Shown: positions 8,393 to 17,348 of the stretch, in pieces | Position numbering within the stretch: the first letter of the stretch is position 1 | Layout of the letters: every line of letters begins with the position of its first letter | IMG/VR virus record: IMGVR_UViG_3300032227_000893 | Span: 3,482 to 67,481 of that record | DNA: 64,000 nucleotides | Source of the DNA: a virus | Taxonomy: Duplodnaviria > Caudoviricetes | Reading direction: 5' to 3' (one strand) | Program-made: the position numbers and the translations under genes | The notes under the pieces: generated by a model | Databases searched by the model: none | Seen by the model: only the letters and a program-made list of their open reading frames with translations | Told to the model about the DNA's origin: nothing

Positions 8393-8401
8393 TGTTAGCA
8401 T
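8393..8401 (+). promoter_or_regulatory. extended -10 promoter (TGTTAGCAT) for the portal operon
   Basis: In the 63-nt divergent gap, 23 nt before the portal ATG. Confidence 0.5.
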
Positions 8402-8424
8402 AGAAACAACCCCACAATAGAGAA

Positions 8425-10323
8425 ATGGCTGAGGAAACTGTTGATTTAGGGCATGCCACCGAAGCCGGACTGCGGAATGACGGACTCGCCAATGCGCTGA
8501 CTGGCATGGGAAGCGGCAGGGATAAGAGCCAATACACCTACACCAAGCCCATTACTTTCCTTATGCAGGAGGAGCTGGAAGGGCTCTATGGGGAATGGCT
8601 GCCGCGCCGCATCATCGACATCTATGCAGAGCAAGCCACCCGCAAGGGATTCAAGGTGCTGTTTGGCGGCGAGGGCGCCAAGGCCGAGGAAGTGGTGGGC
8701 GTGGAGCAAGTGATCGAGGATCTATATATTCTCGAAAGCTTGATGCTGGCATCAAAGAATTCTCGCCTCTATGGTGGTGCCGTAATCCTGCTCTACATTA
8801 ACGACGGTCGCTCTGCTGATCAGCCAGTCGACAAAAAGAATATTGCCGAAGTTGAGGGGCTGGAAGTATTAGATCGGTATCAAATTGCCCCGGTAATTAC
8901 TGAAGAAAATATCTACGATTACGCAAAGGCAACGCACTATCAAATTATTTCCGGCGATTTGATTAATCAGCCCAATCTCACCTACATCCACAAGGATAGG
9001 ATTTTACGTTTTGATGGTGACTGGCTTCCCTATCGTATCAGGCAAAGGAACTATGGGTGGGGACTGAGCAACTTGCAAGTCGTTTATGACAGCTTCCGTC
9101 ATTATTGGACTGGCTTGAATTCTGCTGCCACTTTGCTGACTGAATTTGACATTTTTGTTCACAAGATTCGTGGGCTAGCTTCCATGCTTGCTGCTGGCAA
9201 GGAAGGGCAGGTCAGGGACAGGCTTGTGCTAAACGACATGAGCAAGAGCGTTTATCGTGGCTATGCCATTGACGCAGAAAAGGAAGAGCTTAACTTTGAA
9301 AGCCGTAACCTTGGAGGTATTGGCGAAATTCTTGAGAAGCTTCGCGTAGATATTATTGGTGCATCTAAGATTCCCCACACCTTGTTGTTTGGCGAGAGCC
9401 CTGGTGGCCTTGGCTCCACTGGCCGCAGTGAGGAGCGTGACTTTGCCAAGACACTTGCTGACTATCAAACGGCAACGTTTAAACGTCCGTTGAAACAACT
9501 GATGGAATACATCCTGCTCAGCAAGACTGGCCCCACCAATGGCCGCCTTCCAGAATCATGGCGCATCCATTTCAACGACTTGTACGAGTTGAATGAGCGT
9601 GAAAAGGCTGACGTAAGGGCTCGTGTGGCAGCCGTAGATGGCCGCTACATCCAACTAGGTGTCCTCCATCCAAAAGAAGTGGCAGACGCTCGCTATGGCG
9701 GTAGCGAGTGGAACATGGAACTCACTCTCGACCCATCGCTTCCTCGCGAGCTGCCAGTGCAGGGGCGGAGTGGAGGGCAGAGTCAGGGGCAGAGTGGCTT
9801 TGCCGTACCCCCTGGTGGCCGCGATCCTCTTGATCAAACATCTGGCAGCTTGCCAATGGATGGCACTCGCAATGCCACTGACAGCACTGGCCCCTACATT
9901 TACAATTACAACACGGTTCACGAACGTAGCACGTTTCTGGAGGAAGAATCAGAAACAAACCGTGAAGAAGAGGATTCCTTCTCTGACAAAGATCTTCATC
10001 AGCAAGCAGTGGCTGCTGCGAAGAGTAGGTTTGCCGTGTATCCATCTGCCTATGCCGGAGCTTACATCTCTCAAAAATACAAGGATTTGTATAAGCGCAA
10101 GTACGGTTCGATGAAGGGTGCATTCAAGGGGAAAAAGAAGGCAATGACAATGCCCAAAACTGATGCCGCAGAGGCCATGAAAGTCTCTGGGCTACTCTTG
10201 AATGATTACGACGAAGCTGCCCTGGTCAATCAATCAGACATTGACGCTGCTCTGAATGAATGGAAGACAGAAGCACCAGAGCGTTTCAAGGACATCCTGG
10301 AGGCAACTAATGTCGAGCCTTGA
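8425..10323 (+). CDS. portal protein (DUF1073/HI1409-type) with long C-terminal extension
   Basis: SRLYGGAVIL, IHKDRILRF, IPHTLLFGESPGGL, ADYQ..FKRPL; first gene of the head operon. Confidence 0.88.
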   Translation: MAEETVDLGHATEAGLRNDGLANALTGMGSGRDKSQYTYTKPITFLMQEELEGLYGEWLPRRIIDIYAEQATRKGFKVLFGGEGAKAEEVVGVEQVIEDLYILESLMLASKNSRLYGGAVILLYINDGRSADQPVDKKNIAEVEGLEVLDRYQIAPVITEENIYDYAKATHYQIISGDLINQPNLTYIHKDRILRFDGDWLPYRIRQRNYGWGLSNLQVVYDSFRHYWTGLNSAATLLTEFDIFVHKIRGLASMLAAGKEGQVRDRLVLNDMSKSVYRGYAIDAEKEELNFESRNLGGIGEILEKLRVDIIGASKIPHTLLFGESPGGLGSTGRSEERDFAKTLADYQTATFKRPLKQLMEYILLSKTGPTNGRLPESWRIHFNDLYELNEREKADVRARVAAVDGRYIQLGVLHPKEVADARYGGSEWNMELTLDPSLPRELPVQGRSGGQSQGQSGFAVPPGGRDPLDQTSGSLPMDGTRNATDSTGPYIYNYNTVHERSTFLEEESETNREEEDSFSDKDLHQQAVAAAKSRFAVYPSAYAGAYISQKYKDLYKRKYGSMKGAFKGKKKAMTMPKTDAAEAMKVSGLLLNDYDEAALVNQSDIDAALNEWKTEAPERFKDILEATNVEP

Positions 10324-10993
10324 TAATCTTGCATCATTTAGCGATGCAGTAATGTCCACCAGGATGGACGCTAATTGGTCTTATGACCCCGTTAGCGGTC
10401 GTTATCGAGGCGAAAACGGCCGTTTCCTTAGTCGAAAAACCGTTGAAGCCCTGGTTGACGGTCGTGTTGGTAAGCTATCAACGCAACTCAAGGACTATAC
10501 GAGGCGGCTTTCTGATGGTTCCATCACCATTGATCAGTGGCAGGGCAGTGTACGTGAGGCCCTCAAGGCGGCGCACATTCAAGCGGCGGTTTTGGGGCAG
10601 GGTGGACGCAATGCGCTGTCACCTTCAGACTATGGCCGCATCGGTCAAAAGCTTCGTCAAGAATACCGTTATCTTGAACGCTTTGTTCGTGATTTACTTG
10701 ACGGGGCTGTGTCTAGCGCCCATGCTATTAATCGTATTGGCCTATACGCTGAAAGCGTTCGTAGTTCTTACTGGGAAGGAACTACGGTTCGTCAGGAGCA
10801 GCAAGGCTACTCACTCATGCGACGAATCCTGGATGGCCAAGCTGTTCACTGTCAGGATTGCATTGGTTACGCACAAAGAGGAGTAGTGCCAATTGGCAGT
10901 CTTCCGATGCCTGGACAACGGTGTGAATGTCGCGCACGATGCAAATGCACTATTGAATATCTGAGGCAGCAAGCTCCGACTGTGCCCATGTGA
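10310..10993 (+). CDS. MuF-like head morphogenesis / minor capsid protein
   Basis: Follows the portal; HCQDC...PG.RCECRARCKC C-terminus. Confidence 0.75.
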   Translation: MSSLDNLASFSDAVMSTRMDANWSYDPVSGRYRGENGRFLSRKTVEALVDGRVGKLSTQLKDYTRRLSDGSITIDQWQGSVREALKAAHIQAAVLGQGGRNALSPSDYGRIGQKLRQEYRYLERFVRDLLDGAVSSAHAINRIGLYAESVRSSYWEGTTVRQEQQGYSLMRRILDGQAVHCQDCIGYAQRGVVPIGSLPMPGQRCECRARCKCTIEYLRQQAPTVPM

Positions 10994-11031
10994 AGAATTG
11001 CTACTATCATCGGACTAATTCCGGTTTTCCC

Positions 11032-12252
11032 GTGGCAAAAATTCTTTACTGTGGCGATGTTGGTTGTCAGACGGGCTTTGGCCGAGTAGCTGAATATCTG
11101 ATTCCTGCACTGGCAAAGGAGCACGAGGTGTACGCTCTAGCCGTCAACTATGGGGGTGACCCCAATGAAATGCAGCAGATATGCCAAATGTACCCAGCGA
11201 TGGCATACGGCACTGACCCATTTGGGTCTGATCGCATTGCTGAACTGGTGCAATGTATTAAGCCGGACTTGGTGTGGGTGACCAATGACTTTTGGATTGC
11301 CATCAATCTCTGGCATCAAATCAAAGAGCTAAAGGAAACAATTCCTTTTAAATTTTTCTGCTATACACCAATTGATTCCTACGGCATCTATCCAGAAACA
11401 ATGCCGCCTACTCAGGAATGGGATGGCCTGGCCACTTACACGCGGTTTGGTGCGGAAGAGCTGAGAAAAGCTGGTTACGACAAGCATATTGATATTGTTG
11501 GCCACGGCACTGATTTTACCAAGTTTTTCCCCATTGAGAAAATGGAAAGCCGAAAGGCTTTGGGTGTGCCTGAAGATGTTTTTATTATTTTCAATGGCAA
11601 TCGAAATCAACCACGCAAGCGAATTGACTTAACGATCAAAGCTTTCATCAAGTTTGCTCTTGACAAGCCAGATGCTCGATTGTGGCTTCACATGGGCAAG
11701 AAAGATATGGGATGGGATTTAGTGCCACTGTTTAAGCGCGTAGCTCGCGACATGGAATACGAAAGCGTTGGCAAGCTCATCCTTACCGGCTCAACATTTT
11801 CTACCCACAACTGTCTTCCTGTAGAGCAGTTGAATCAGGTGTATAACGCTGTTGACATTGGCGTGAACACTTGCATTGGAGAGGGCTGGGGGCTGGTCAA
11901 TACAGAGCACGCTGCTACTGGTGTGGCGCAATTAGTGCCCGATCATACTAGTTTTAAGGAGATTTTCCATGACATCCCCCGCATTCCCATCGAAAGCTGG
12001 GAAGTCGATAGGAACTATGGACTAGACAGGGGACAGCCCTCTCCCGATGGATTGGCAGAGCTTCTCACGCAATACTACGAGGATCGTGAGCTGCTGGCTT
12101 CCGTGGGAAAATTGTGCTACGAAGATGTTCATCAAACAGAACTGACCTGGCCTGCTGTGACGAGCAAGATGGAGGCAATTGTTAAGAGATTGCTTGCGCA
12201 GCCCAGCGAGAAAGAGCCTAAAGGTTTCGGCATGCCTGTGAGGATTGATTGA
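11032..12252 (+). CDS. GT-B glycosyltransferase (GT4-like)
   Basis: TGFGRV, GHGTD, NRNQPRKRID, EGWGLVNTE motifs; GTG 11032 preferred over 10990. Confidence 0.88.
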   Translation: MAKILYCGDVGCQTGFGRVAEYLIPALAKEHEVYALAVNYGGDPNEMQQICQMYPAMAYGTDPFGSDRIAELVQCIKPDLVWVTNDFWIAINLWHQIKELKETIPFKFFCYTPIDSYGIYPETMPPTQEWDGLATYTRFGAEELRKAGYDKHIDIVGHGTDFTKFFPIEKMESRKALGVPEDVFIIFNGNRNQPRKRIDLTIKAFIKFALDKPDARLWLHMGKKDMGWDLVPLFKRVARDMEYESVGKLILTGSTFSTHNCLPVEQLNQVYNAVDIGVNTCIGEGWGLVNTEHAATGVAQLVPDHTSFKEIFHDIPRIPIESWEVDRNYGLDRGQPSPDGLAELLTQYYEDRELLASVGKLCYEDVHQTELTWPAVTSKMEAIVKRLLAQPSEKEPKGFGMPVRID

Positions 12253-12254
12253 TC

Positions 12255-12968
12255 ATGGAAATCTCGCAAATCTTTCTTAGCGATGCTCCGAATGCACAGT
12301 TGTCACCTTTTCTGAAGATGACGACTGGCACTGTTAAAGCTGCCTTCCCGGAGGCTAATCACACTATCTACACCAATGAAACACTTCGTCAATTTATTGT
12401 TGACAACTATAGCTCTCATGTGGTTTGGGCTTACGATTCACTTGCTCCCTATTCGTACAAGGCGGATCTTGGGCGATTCTGCCTCTTGAATAAGCTTGGC
12501 GGATGGTATTTTGACATTGCAGTGAGAGTGATGAATCCAGTGGATATTGGAGAGCGCATTGAATTCCTGGCATTCCGTGATATTCAACGATTTTCGTTCA
12601 CTAGTTGGGCCTGTGCCACAACAGTGCTTTATTCCAAGCGTGATAACAAGGCATTGCAAACTGCCGTCGATATGATTATTGACAATTGTCGCGAAAAATA
12701 CTATGGAATCACTCCATTGTGCCCCACTGGCCCAACGCTTTTGGGTGCTGCGCTGGCCGCAAATGGTGGCAATGCAAACCACGTCTTTGGCGACTACCTA
12801 GAACTCACGCCCACGCACGAACAGAAGAATCGCGCATTCGTGCTGCCTAATGGCACGATTATGGCATGGAGTAAGCCTTCGGGCGGTGGTGACCTCACTC
12901 AACTGGGGGCCAAGGGCACGAACAACTACAACGAACTATGGGCATCCAAAAGGGCGTACACATCATGA
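12255..12968 (+). CDS. GT-A glycosyltransferase (Gly_transf_sug / GT32-like)
   Basis: KADLGRFCLLNKLGGWYFDI and TGPTLLG motifs. Confidence 0.8.
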   Translation: MEISQIFLSDAPNAQLSPFLKMTTGTVKAAFPEANHTIYTNETLRQFIVDNYSSHVVWAYDSLAPYSYKADLGRFCLLNKLGGWYFDIAVRVMNPVDIGERIEFLAFRDIQRFSFTSWACATTVLYSKRDNKALQTAVDMIIDNCREKYYGITPLCPTGPTLLGAALAANGGNANHVFGDYLELTPTHEQKNRAFVLPNGTIMAWSKPSGGGDLTQLGAKGTNNYNELWASKRAYTS

Positions 12969-13618
12969 CTTCTCTCACTGACCTTGCCAACAGCTATAAC
13001 AGCGACAAGGGAAACGTGTATAAATGCGCTCATCACTACACAAAGCACTACGAAGATATCTTCCGGGTTTATAAATCCAGGAAGAATTTGTCCCTGCTAG
13101 AGATTGGTTTGAACCGTGATGACTGCGGCGACATTCCATCATTGCGCATGTATAAAGACTATTTTGGCGAAGAAATAAATCTCTACGGTTTCGATATTCG
13201 GCCAGAATTCAAAGCGTTTGAAAGGGAGGGATTCAATATTTACATTGGCGATCAATCTGCTCCGTCAAGCCTTGAACAATGTCTTGCCAAAGATTATGAT
13301 ATTGTCATTGACGATGGCAGCCACGCATCCTCCCATCAGCAGATTTCACTTCGCGAGCTATGGGCAACCGTAAAACCTGGCGGTGTTTATATTATTGAAG
13401 ACCTACATTGGCAGCCATTTCCCGAATCTTGGCGCAGTACGGCTGAACTTGGTAAAGATTGGTTGCGGGGCGATATGAAGGGGTCGGCATTTCTTTCGCA
13501 GTTATGGATGCAACAGTTTGAAAAAGAGCTAAGGGCGGTAGAACTTTTGCCATCCGCTAGCAAGCTGCATGATCCTTCTTTAACCGAAAACGCCCTCCTC
13601 ATTCTTTGGAAAAAATGA
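12965..13618 (+). CDS. class I SAM methyltransferase, sugar O-methyltransferase-like
   Basis: LLEIG, GFDI, GDQS, IDDGSH, VKPGGVYIIEDL; ATGA overlap with the GT. Confidence 0.82.
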   Translation: MTSLTDLANSYNSDKGNVYKCAHHYTKHYEDIFRVYKSRKNLSLLEIGLNRDDCGDIPSLRMYKDYFGEEINLYGFDIRPEFKAFEREGFNIYIGDQSAPSSLEQCLAKDYDIVIDDGSHASSHQQISLRELWATVKPGGVYIIEDLHWQPFPESWRSTAELGKDWLRGDMKGSAFLSQLWMQQFEKELRAVELLPSASKLHDPSLTENALLILWKK

Positions 13619-14847
13619 CAACTAGCTGGGACTGCTTTGATACGCTTGTCACACGCAGGCGACTTGATCCATTGTCTGTTTTTGACGACATGGGAATCAA
13701 GCTTGACTTAGATAATTTTACGGTGCGCCGAAAGGCTGCTGAAGGTCGGGCTCCTTGGACACTGCATACTATCTACGAAGAACTTGCAAAAGATTATCAA
13801 TGGACTGAAGCACAGAAGGAATATTACAAGCAAGAAGAAATCAACGCAGAGCTAGAACATTGCTGTCCCATTGTTGAAAATATTAACAGGGTTGCAGATG
13901 GTGACTTGATCGTTAGCGATATGTATCTACCGCCGGAAGCTGTTGAAGCTATCTTGCGCAAAAATGGCCTCAATAGGGATGTGCAAGTAACTGTCACCAC
14001 AGGAGGTAAAAGTTCTGGAACCATTTGGAGTACACTTCCACATATTGATTTACATGTGGGGGATAATTTCCACTCAGATGTTGCCAGCCCCCAAAACGCT
14101 GGTATCAAGGGAGAACATTACACGGATGTTCATTTGACACCTTTCGAGCAAAACATGGGCGGAGACATGGCTCTCCTGATGCGCGTCATCCGGCTGGCAT
14201 GTCCCTATGAAAAGGGTAGCCTGATGTGGCATATGTGGATTGATCAGGCGGGGTTAAACATTCCAGCCTTGGTCCTGGCCTCCCTGGAAATTCCTTTGGA
14301 GAATGTTGCCTTTGTGATGAGGGATTCGGTCCATTTAAAGCGCATTTATGATGCACTACATAATACAGTAAGCGCTGAATTCCATTGCTCTCGCATTGCC
14401 CTAGGGAGCGGAGGAGTTGCTTGGAGAAAATATGTAGAAGAAACTGCTAAAGGAAAGCTTATCGTTGATTTACAGGGGACGGGAGGAAGCGTTATTAATT
14501 ACTGGCGTCAAACATTCGGGGAGGATCCTCAATTGCTTTACTTGACCGGCACGTTGCGTCTCGGTACATTGCTAGCCCCATGCCTTCACGATGCAATTGA
14601 AAGGCTTAACTCCTCCCCGCTTGGAAGCTTGTCCGCTTATCCGCATCGCAAGCCTTGTGAGTTCAACAAAGACGTGCTTGACTGCCAGGAAAAAGCAGTG
14701 AGCAATGCTATTGGGCATCTTCCGTATTTCAACTTTTCTCCCAATATCAATGTATTTCGCTTCTTGGTGGAGCAAATGCCCCACACCACAACATTCAAGC
14801 AAAACATCCACGTGGATAACCATGAAAACGTTTCTGATGTAGAATAA
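13615..14847 (+). CDS. HAD phosphatase + phosphoribosyltransferase two-domain protein (ribofuranosyltransferase-like)
   Basis: N-terminal SWDCFDTL, IVSDMY, K-SG, HVGDN..SD; C-terminal FVMRDS and IVDLQGTGGS; ATGA overlap. Confidence 0.7.
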   Translation: MTTSWDCFDTLVTRRRLDPLSVFDDMGIKLDLDNFTVRRKAAEGRAPWTLHTIYEELAKDYQWTEAQKEYYKQEEINAELEHCCPIVENINRVADGDLIVSDMYLPPEAVEAILRKNGLNRDVQVTVTTGGKSSGTIWSTLPHIDLHVGDNFHSDVASPQNAGIKGEHYTDVHLTPFEQNMGGDMALLMRVIRLACPYEKGSLMWHMWIDQAGLNIPALVLASLEIPLENVAFVMRDSVHLKRIYDALHNTVSAEFHCSRIALGSGGVAWRKYVEETAKGKLIVDLQGTGGSVINYWRQTFGEDPQLLYLTGTLRLGTLLAPCLHDAIERLNSSPLGSLSAYPHRKPCEFNKDVLDCQEKAVSNAIGHLPYFNFSPNINVFRFLVEQMPHTTTFKQNIHVDNHENVSDVE

Positions 14848-14876
14848 TTTTTACTCTCATACACTCGCAATAGCAA

Positions 14877-15158
14877 ATGACAATGGAAGATCGTGGAGAT
14901 GCGGCAATGCCTAAAACCAAAAAGGCAAAGCAAGCGAAAATCGCCAAGGTAATGCGCGAATTTAAGGCTGGCACTCTCAAGGGCAGCGACCAAAAAGCCA
15001 TTACCAATCGCAAGCAGGCAATTGCCATCGCTCTTTCTGAGGCTGGCATGTCGATGCAAGGCAAGAGTGACGAATACTGGGACAGCTACGTGGTGACAAT
15101 TATGGGCGGAGAGGAGGAAGAGGAGGAAATGGAGGATCCCGAAGAGGGAAAGTCTTAA
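14877..15158 (+). CDS. small head-module protein (DUF6496-like) with acidic tail; short product of a frameshift gene
   Basis: KIAKVMREFKAGTLK...RKQAIAIALSEAG motif. Confidence 0.75.
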   Translation: MTMEDRGDAAMPKTKKAKQAKIAKVMREFKAGTLKGSDQKAITNRKQAIAIALSEAGMSMQGKSDEYWDSYVVTIMGGEEEEEEMEDPEEGKS

Positions 15159-15183
15159 GGGGAGACGCTGAGTCGTTCTCCCC
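15146..15183 (+). other. programmed -1 frameshift signal (G GGA AAG, 6-nt spacer, GC-rich hairpin)
   Basis: Heptamer 15146-15152 in frame; hairpin GGGGAGACG-CTGAGT-CGTTCTCCCC 15159-15183. Confidence 0.75.
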
Positions 15184-15505
15184 TCCGTCGCCTGTACGGT
15201 CCGCAGCACGTCGCGGGCTTGAATTGCGCAAGAAGTATCGGAAGGGTGGGCTGACCACCCAGGAGGCCGGTAAGCAGGGCATTGGTAGCGGGGTGGCACG
15301 GGCGACGAGCCTGGGCAGCGGAGAATCCGTGAGTTTTGAAACAATCAAGCGTATGGCGGCATTCTTTTCTCGTCACGAGAAGAACAAAAGTGGTGGTGAA
15401 AATGATGCTGGTTACATTGCTTGGCAACTATGGGGAGGAGATGCGGGTAGGGCGTGGGCAAATCGTGTGATTAAGATGGTTGAAAATCGCCAATCAAGAC
15501 AGTGA
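15152..15505 (+). CDS. C-terminal domain reached by -1 frameshift (VLRGDAESFSPP...ETIKRM...IAWQLWGGDAG)
   Basis: Protein-like sequence begins about 24 codons before the first TTG (15224); no ATG/GTG/TTG in that part of the frame. Confidence 0.7.
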   Translation, partial: VLRGDAESFSPPSPVRSAARRGLELRKKYRKGGLTTQEAGKQGIGSGVARATSLGSGESVSFETIKRMAAFFSRHEKNKSGGENDAGYIAWQLWGGDAGRAWANRVIKMVENRQSRQ

Positions 15506-15810
15506 GCGAATACGTCCGTGTGATCGAAGCTGAGGAGGATGGGATTGGCGTGATGAAGGCGCTAGCCATCTTGTCATCCAATGAACATCGCAATACCAGT
15601 GAGTGGCACTTGGTTGAAAAGCAATGCTTCAAAAATGGGCGGCTAGACGAAACGCATATTTATTGCGAGAGTCATTACGACAAGCCTGATGAGTATTTTG
15701 AAAAGACAAAATTCCTCACCTTTGAGGTGGAGGCAATGGCAAAAGCGTACATCATGGAGGGCATTGAAGAAGCAATTCGCTCCACTCAAGAGGAAGGCGA
15801 CGAAGACTAA
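15502..15810 (+). CDS. hypothetical acidic protein
   Basis: GTGA overlap with the preceding ORF. Confidence 0.65.
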   Translation: MSEYVRVIEAEEDGIGVMKALAILSSNEHRNTSEWHLVEKQCFKNGRLDETHIYCESHYDKPDEYFEKTKFLTFEVEAMAKAYIMEGIEEAIRSTQEEGDED

Positions 15811-16058
15811 TCTCTTATTGCGTTGACAACAAAGCTAGGCATGCCCAGAAGCCATAGCACGGACAATCCATAGAGGCCGCTTAACGTGGCTAGTTGCACT
15901 GCGCTTGGCTCTGTTTCGCCGTTTTCAATACGGCAGTAAGTGGATTGTCCAATGTGCAAAACTTGTGCCACATCACGCTGGGTAAGGCCGCTGTTTAGTC
16001 GTGCATCTTTTAGCCGCGAAGCTACCAACGCACGACGTTGGTAGTGTGGCATGTTCAT
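15807..16058 (-). CDS. XRE/Cro-C1 family HTH regulator
   Basis: RLKDARLNSGLTQRDVAQVLHIGQSTYCRIENGETEP...LSVLWLLG. Confidence 0.88.
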   Translation of the reverse strand: MNMPHYQRRALVASRLKDARLNSGLTQRDVAQVLHIGQSTYCRIENGETEPSAVQLATLSGLYGLSVLWLLGMPSFVVNAIRD

Positions 16059-16136
16059 CGCATTGACACTGCTGGCCACAAATCTAGTCACGTGATTCGT
16101 CTCTGGTTCAGGAATCGCAATCTAACACAAAATGTT

Positions 16137-16145
16137 TGCTATTCT
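16137..16145 (+). promoter_or_regulatory. extended -10 promoter (TGCTATTCT) for protease-capsid genes
   Basis: 6 nt before ATG 16152, so the transcript would be near-leaderless. Confidence 0.45.
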
Positions 16146-16151
16146 TAATGC

Positions 16152-17345
16152 ATGAGCACCACATGCTTTCGCTACGATGTAGCGCCAATCGAGAAATACG
16201 AAACCACACCTGAGGGTTACCTGAGGTGCTGGTCTACTATTGCGCGGACAGGTGTACAAAATTACACCAATTCCGATGGTTCGATTCGGCGCGAATATCG
16301 TCCCGTAAGCGAAGTGGCGTCTCCCGAAAGCTTGGCCTCGTTTGCGGGCAAAGCAATCACTCTTGAACATCCTCCCGTATTGCTCGATAGCGACAACACT
16401 AAAGACTATCAAATTGGCTTTAGTGGCACGGAAGTGGTTTATGACAACGGATTTGTCCGTGCAGTCATGACCATTACAGATGCAAAAGCAATTGAGCAAA
16501 TTATGCGTGGTGATGCAAAAGAGGTAAGCGCTGGCTATAGGGTTTCCTATGATCCGACGCCTGGTGTTACCGAAGGTGGTGAAGATTACGATGGCATCCA
16601 AACGGGTATCAGCGGAAATCACATTGCTGTGGTGCGCAGGGGCCGGGCGGGCCCGCAAGTGAAGCTACATCTGGATCGTCTGGATGCCGCTGATCCATCT
16701 CTAATGAATACTGAGGAACCATCTATGACTGCTAAGGTCGTGTTTGATGGCGCCGAGTTCGAGGTGACCGAGAGCGTAGCTCTGGCGATCACCAAAGAAC
16801 GTGAAGACGCCAAGATGTCCTACGAGGACATGAAGAAAAAATACGATGGCATGATGTCCGAAGCTTCTTCCCTCAAGGAAGAAATGGACGCCATGAAGAA
16901 GGAAATGAGCGGTAAGTGCGACTCTGCTGAAGGTCGTGCTGATGCACTCGCCGAAGAAGTGGAAGTCCTGAAAACGGACCTTTCCGCTGCTCAGCAAGTG
17001 AACGTCGACAGCCTCGTCGAAGAGCGCATTGCTCTGATTGACAAGGCTCGCACGTCGCTTGATTCCGCTTTTGATTTTGCTGGCAAGTCTGCTCGTGAAA
17101 TCATGGAAGCTTCCATCAAAACTGTTCGTGGCGACGAATGTGATCTGTCGGATCGTTCCGATGATTACGTGACTGCCATGTTCGACACCCTGGCTGTAAC
17201 CAGCGCTCGCGCTGATTCTGCCAACACTGATGAGCTGCGTAAAGCTGTTGCTTCTATCGCTGCTCCTCTTTCTGCACCTGCGTCCTACATGGACAAGTTG
17301 CAGAATGCTTGGAAATCCCCTCTCTCCGTCTCTAAGGAGCGCTGA
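16152..17345 (+). CDS. DUF2213 prohead protease/scaffold
   Basis: TPEGYL..ARTG, ITLEHP, EVSAGY, NHIAVVRRGRAG; C-terminal coiled-coil scaffold. Confidence 0.88.
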   Translation: MSTTCFRYDVAPIEKYETTPEGYLRCWSTIARTGVQNYTNSDGSIRREYRPVSEVASPESLASFAGKAITLEHPPVLLDSDNTKDYQIGFSGTEVVYDNGFVRAVMTITDAKAIEQIMRGDAKEVSAGYRVSYDPTPGVTEGGEDYDGIQTGISGNHIAVVRRGRAGPQVKLHLDRLDAADPSLMNTEEPSMTAKVVFDGAEFEVTESVALAITKEREDAKMSYEDMKKKYDGMMSEASSLKEEMDAMKKEMSGKCDSAEGRADALAEEVEVLKTDLSAAQQVNVDSLVEERIALIDKARTSLDSAFDFAGKSAREIMEASIKTVRGDECDLSDRSDDYVTAMFDTLAVTSARADSANTDELRKAVASIAAPLSAPASYMDKLQNAWKSPLSVSKER

Positions 17346-17348
17346 TCC

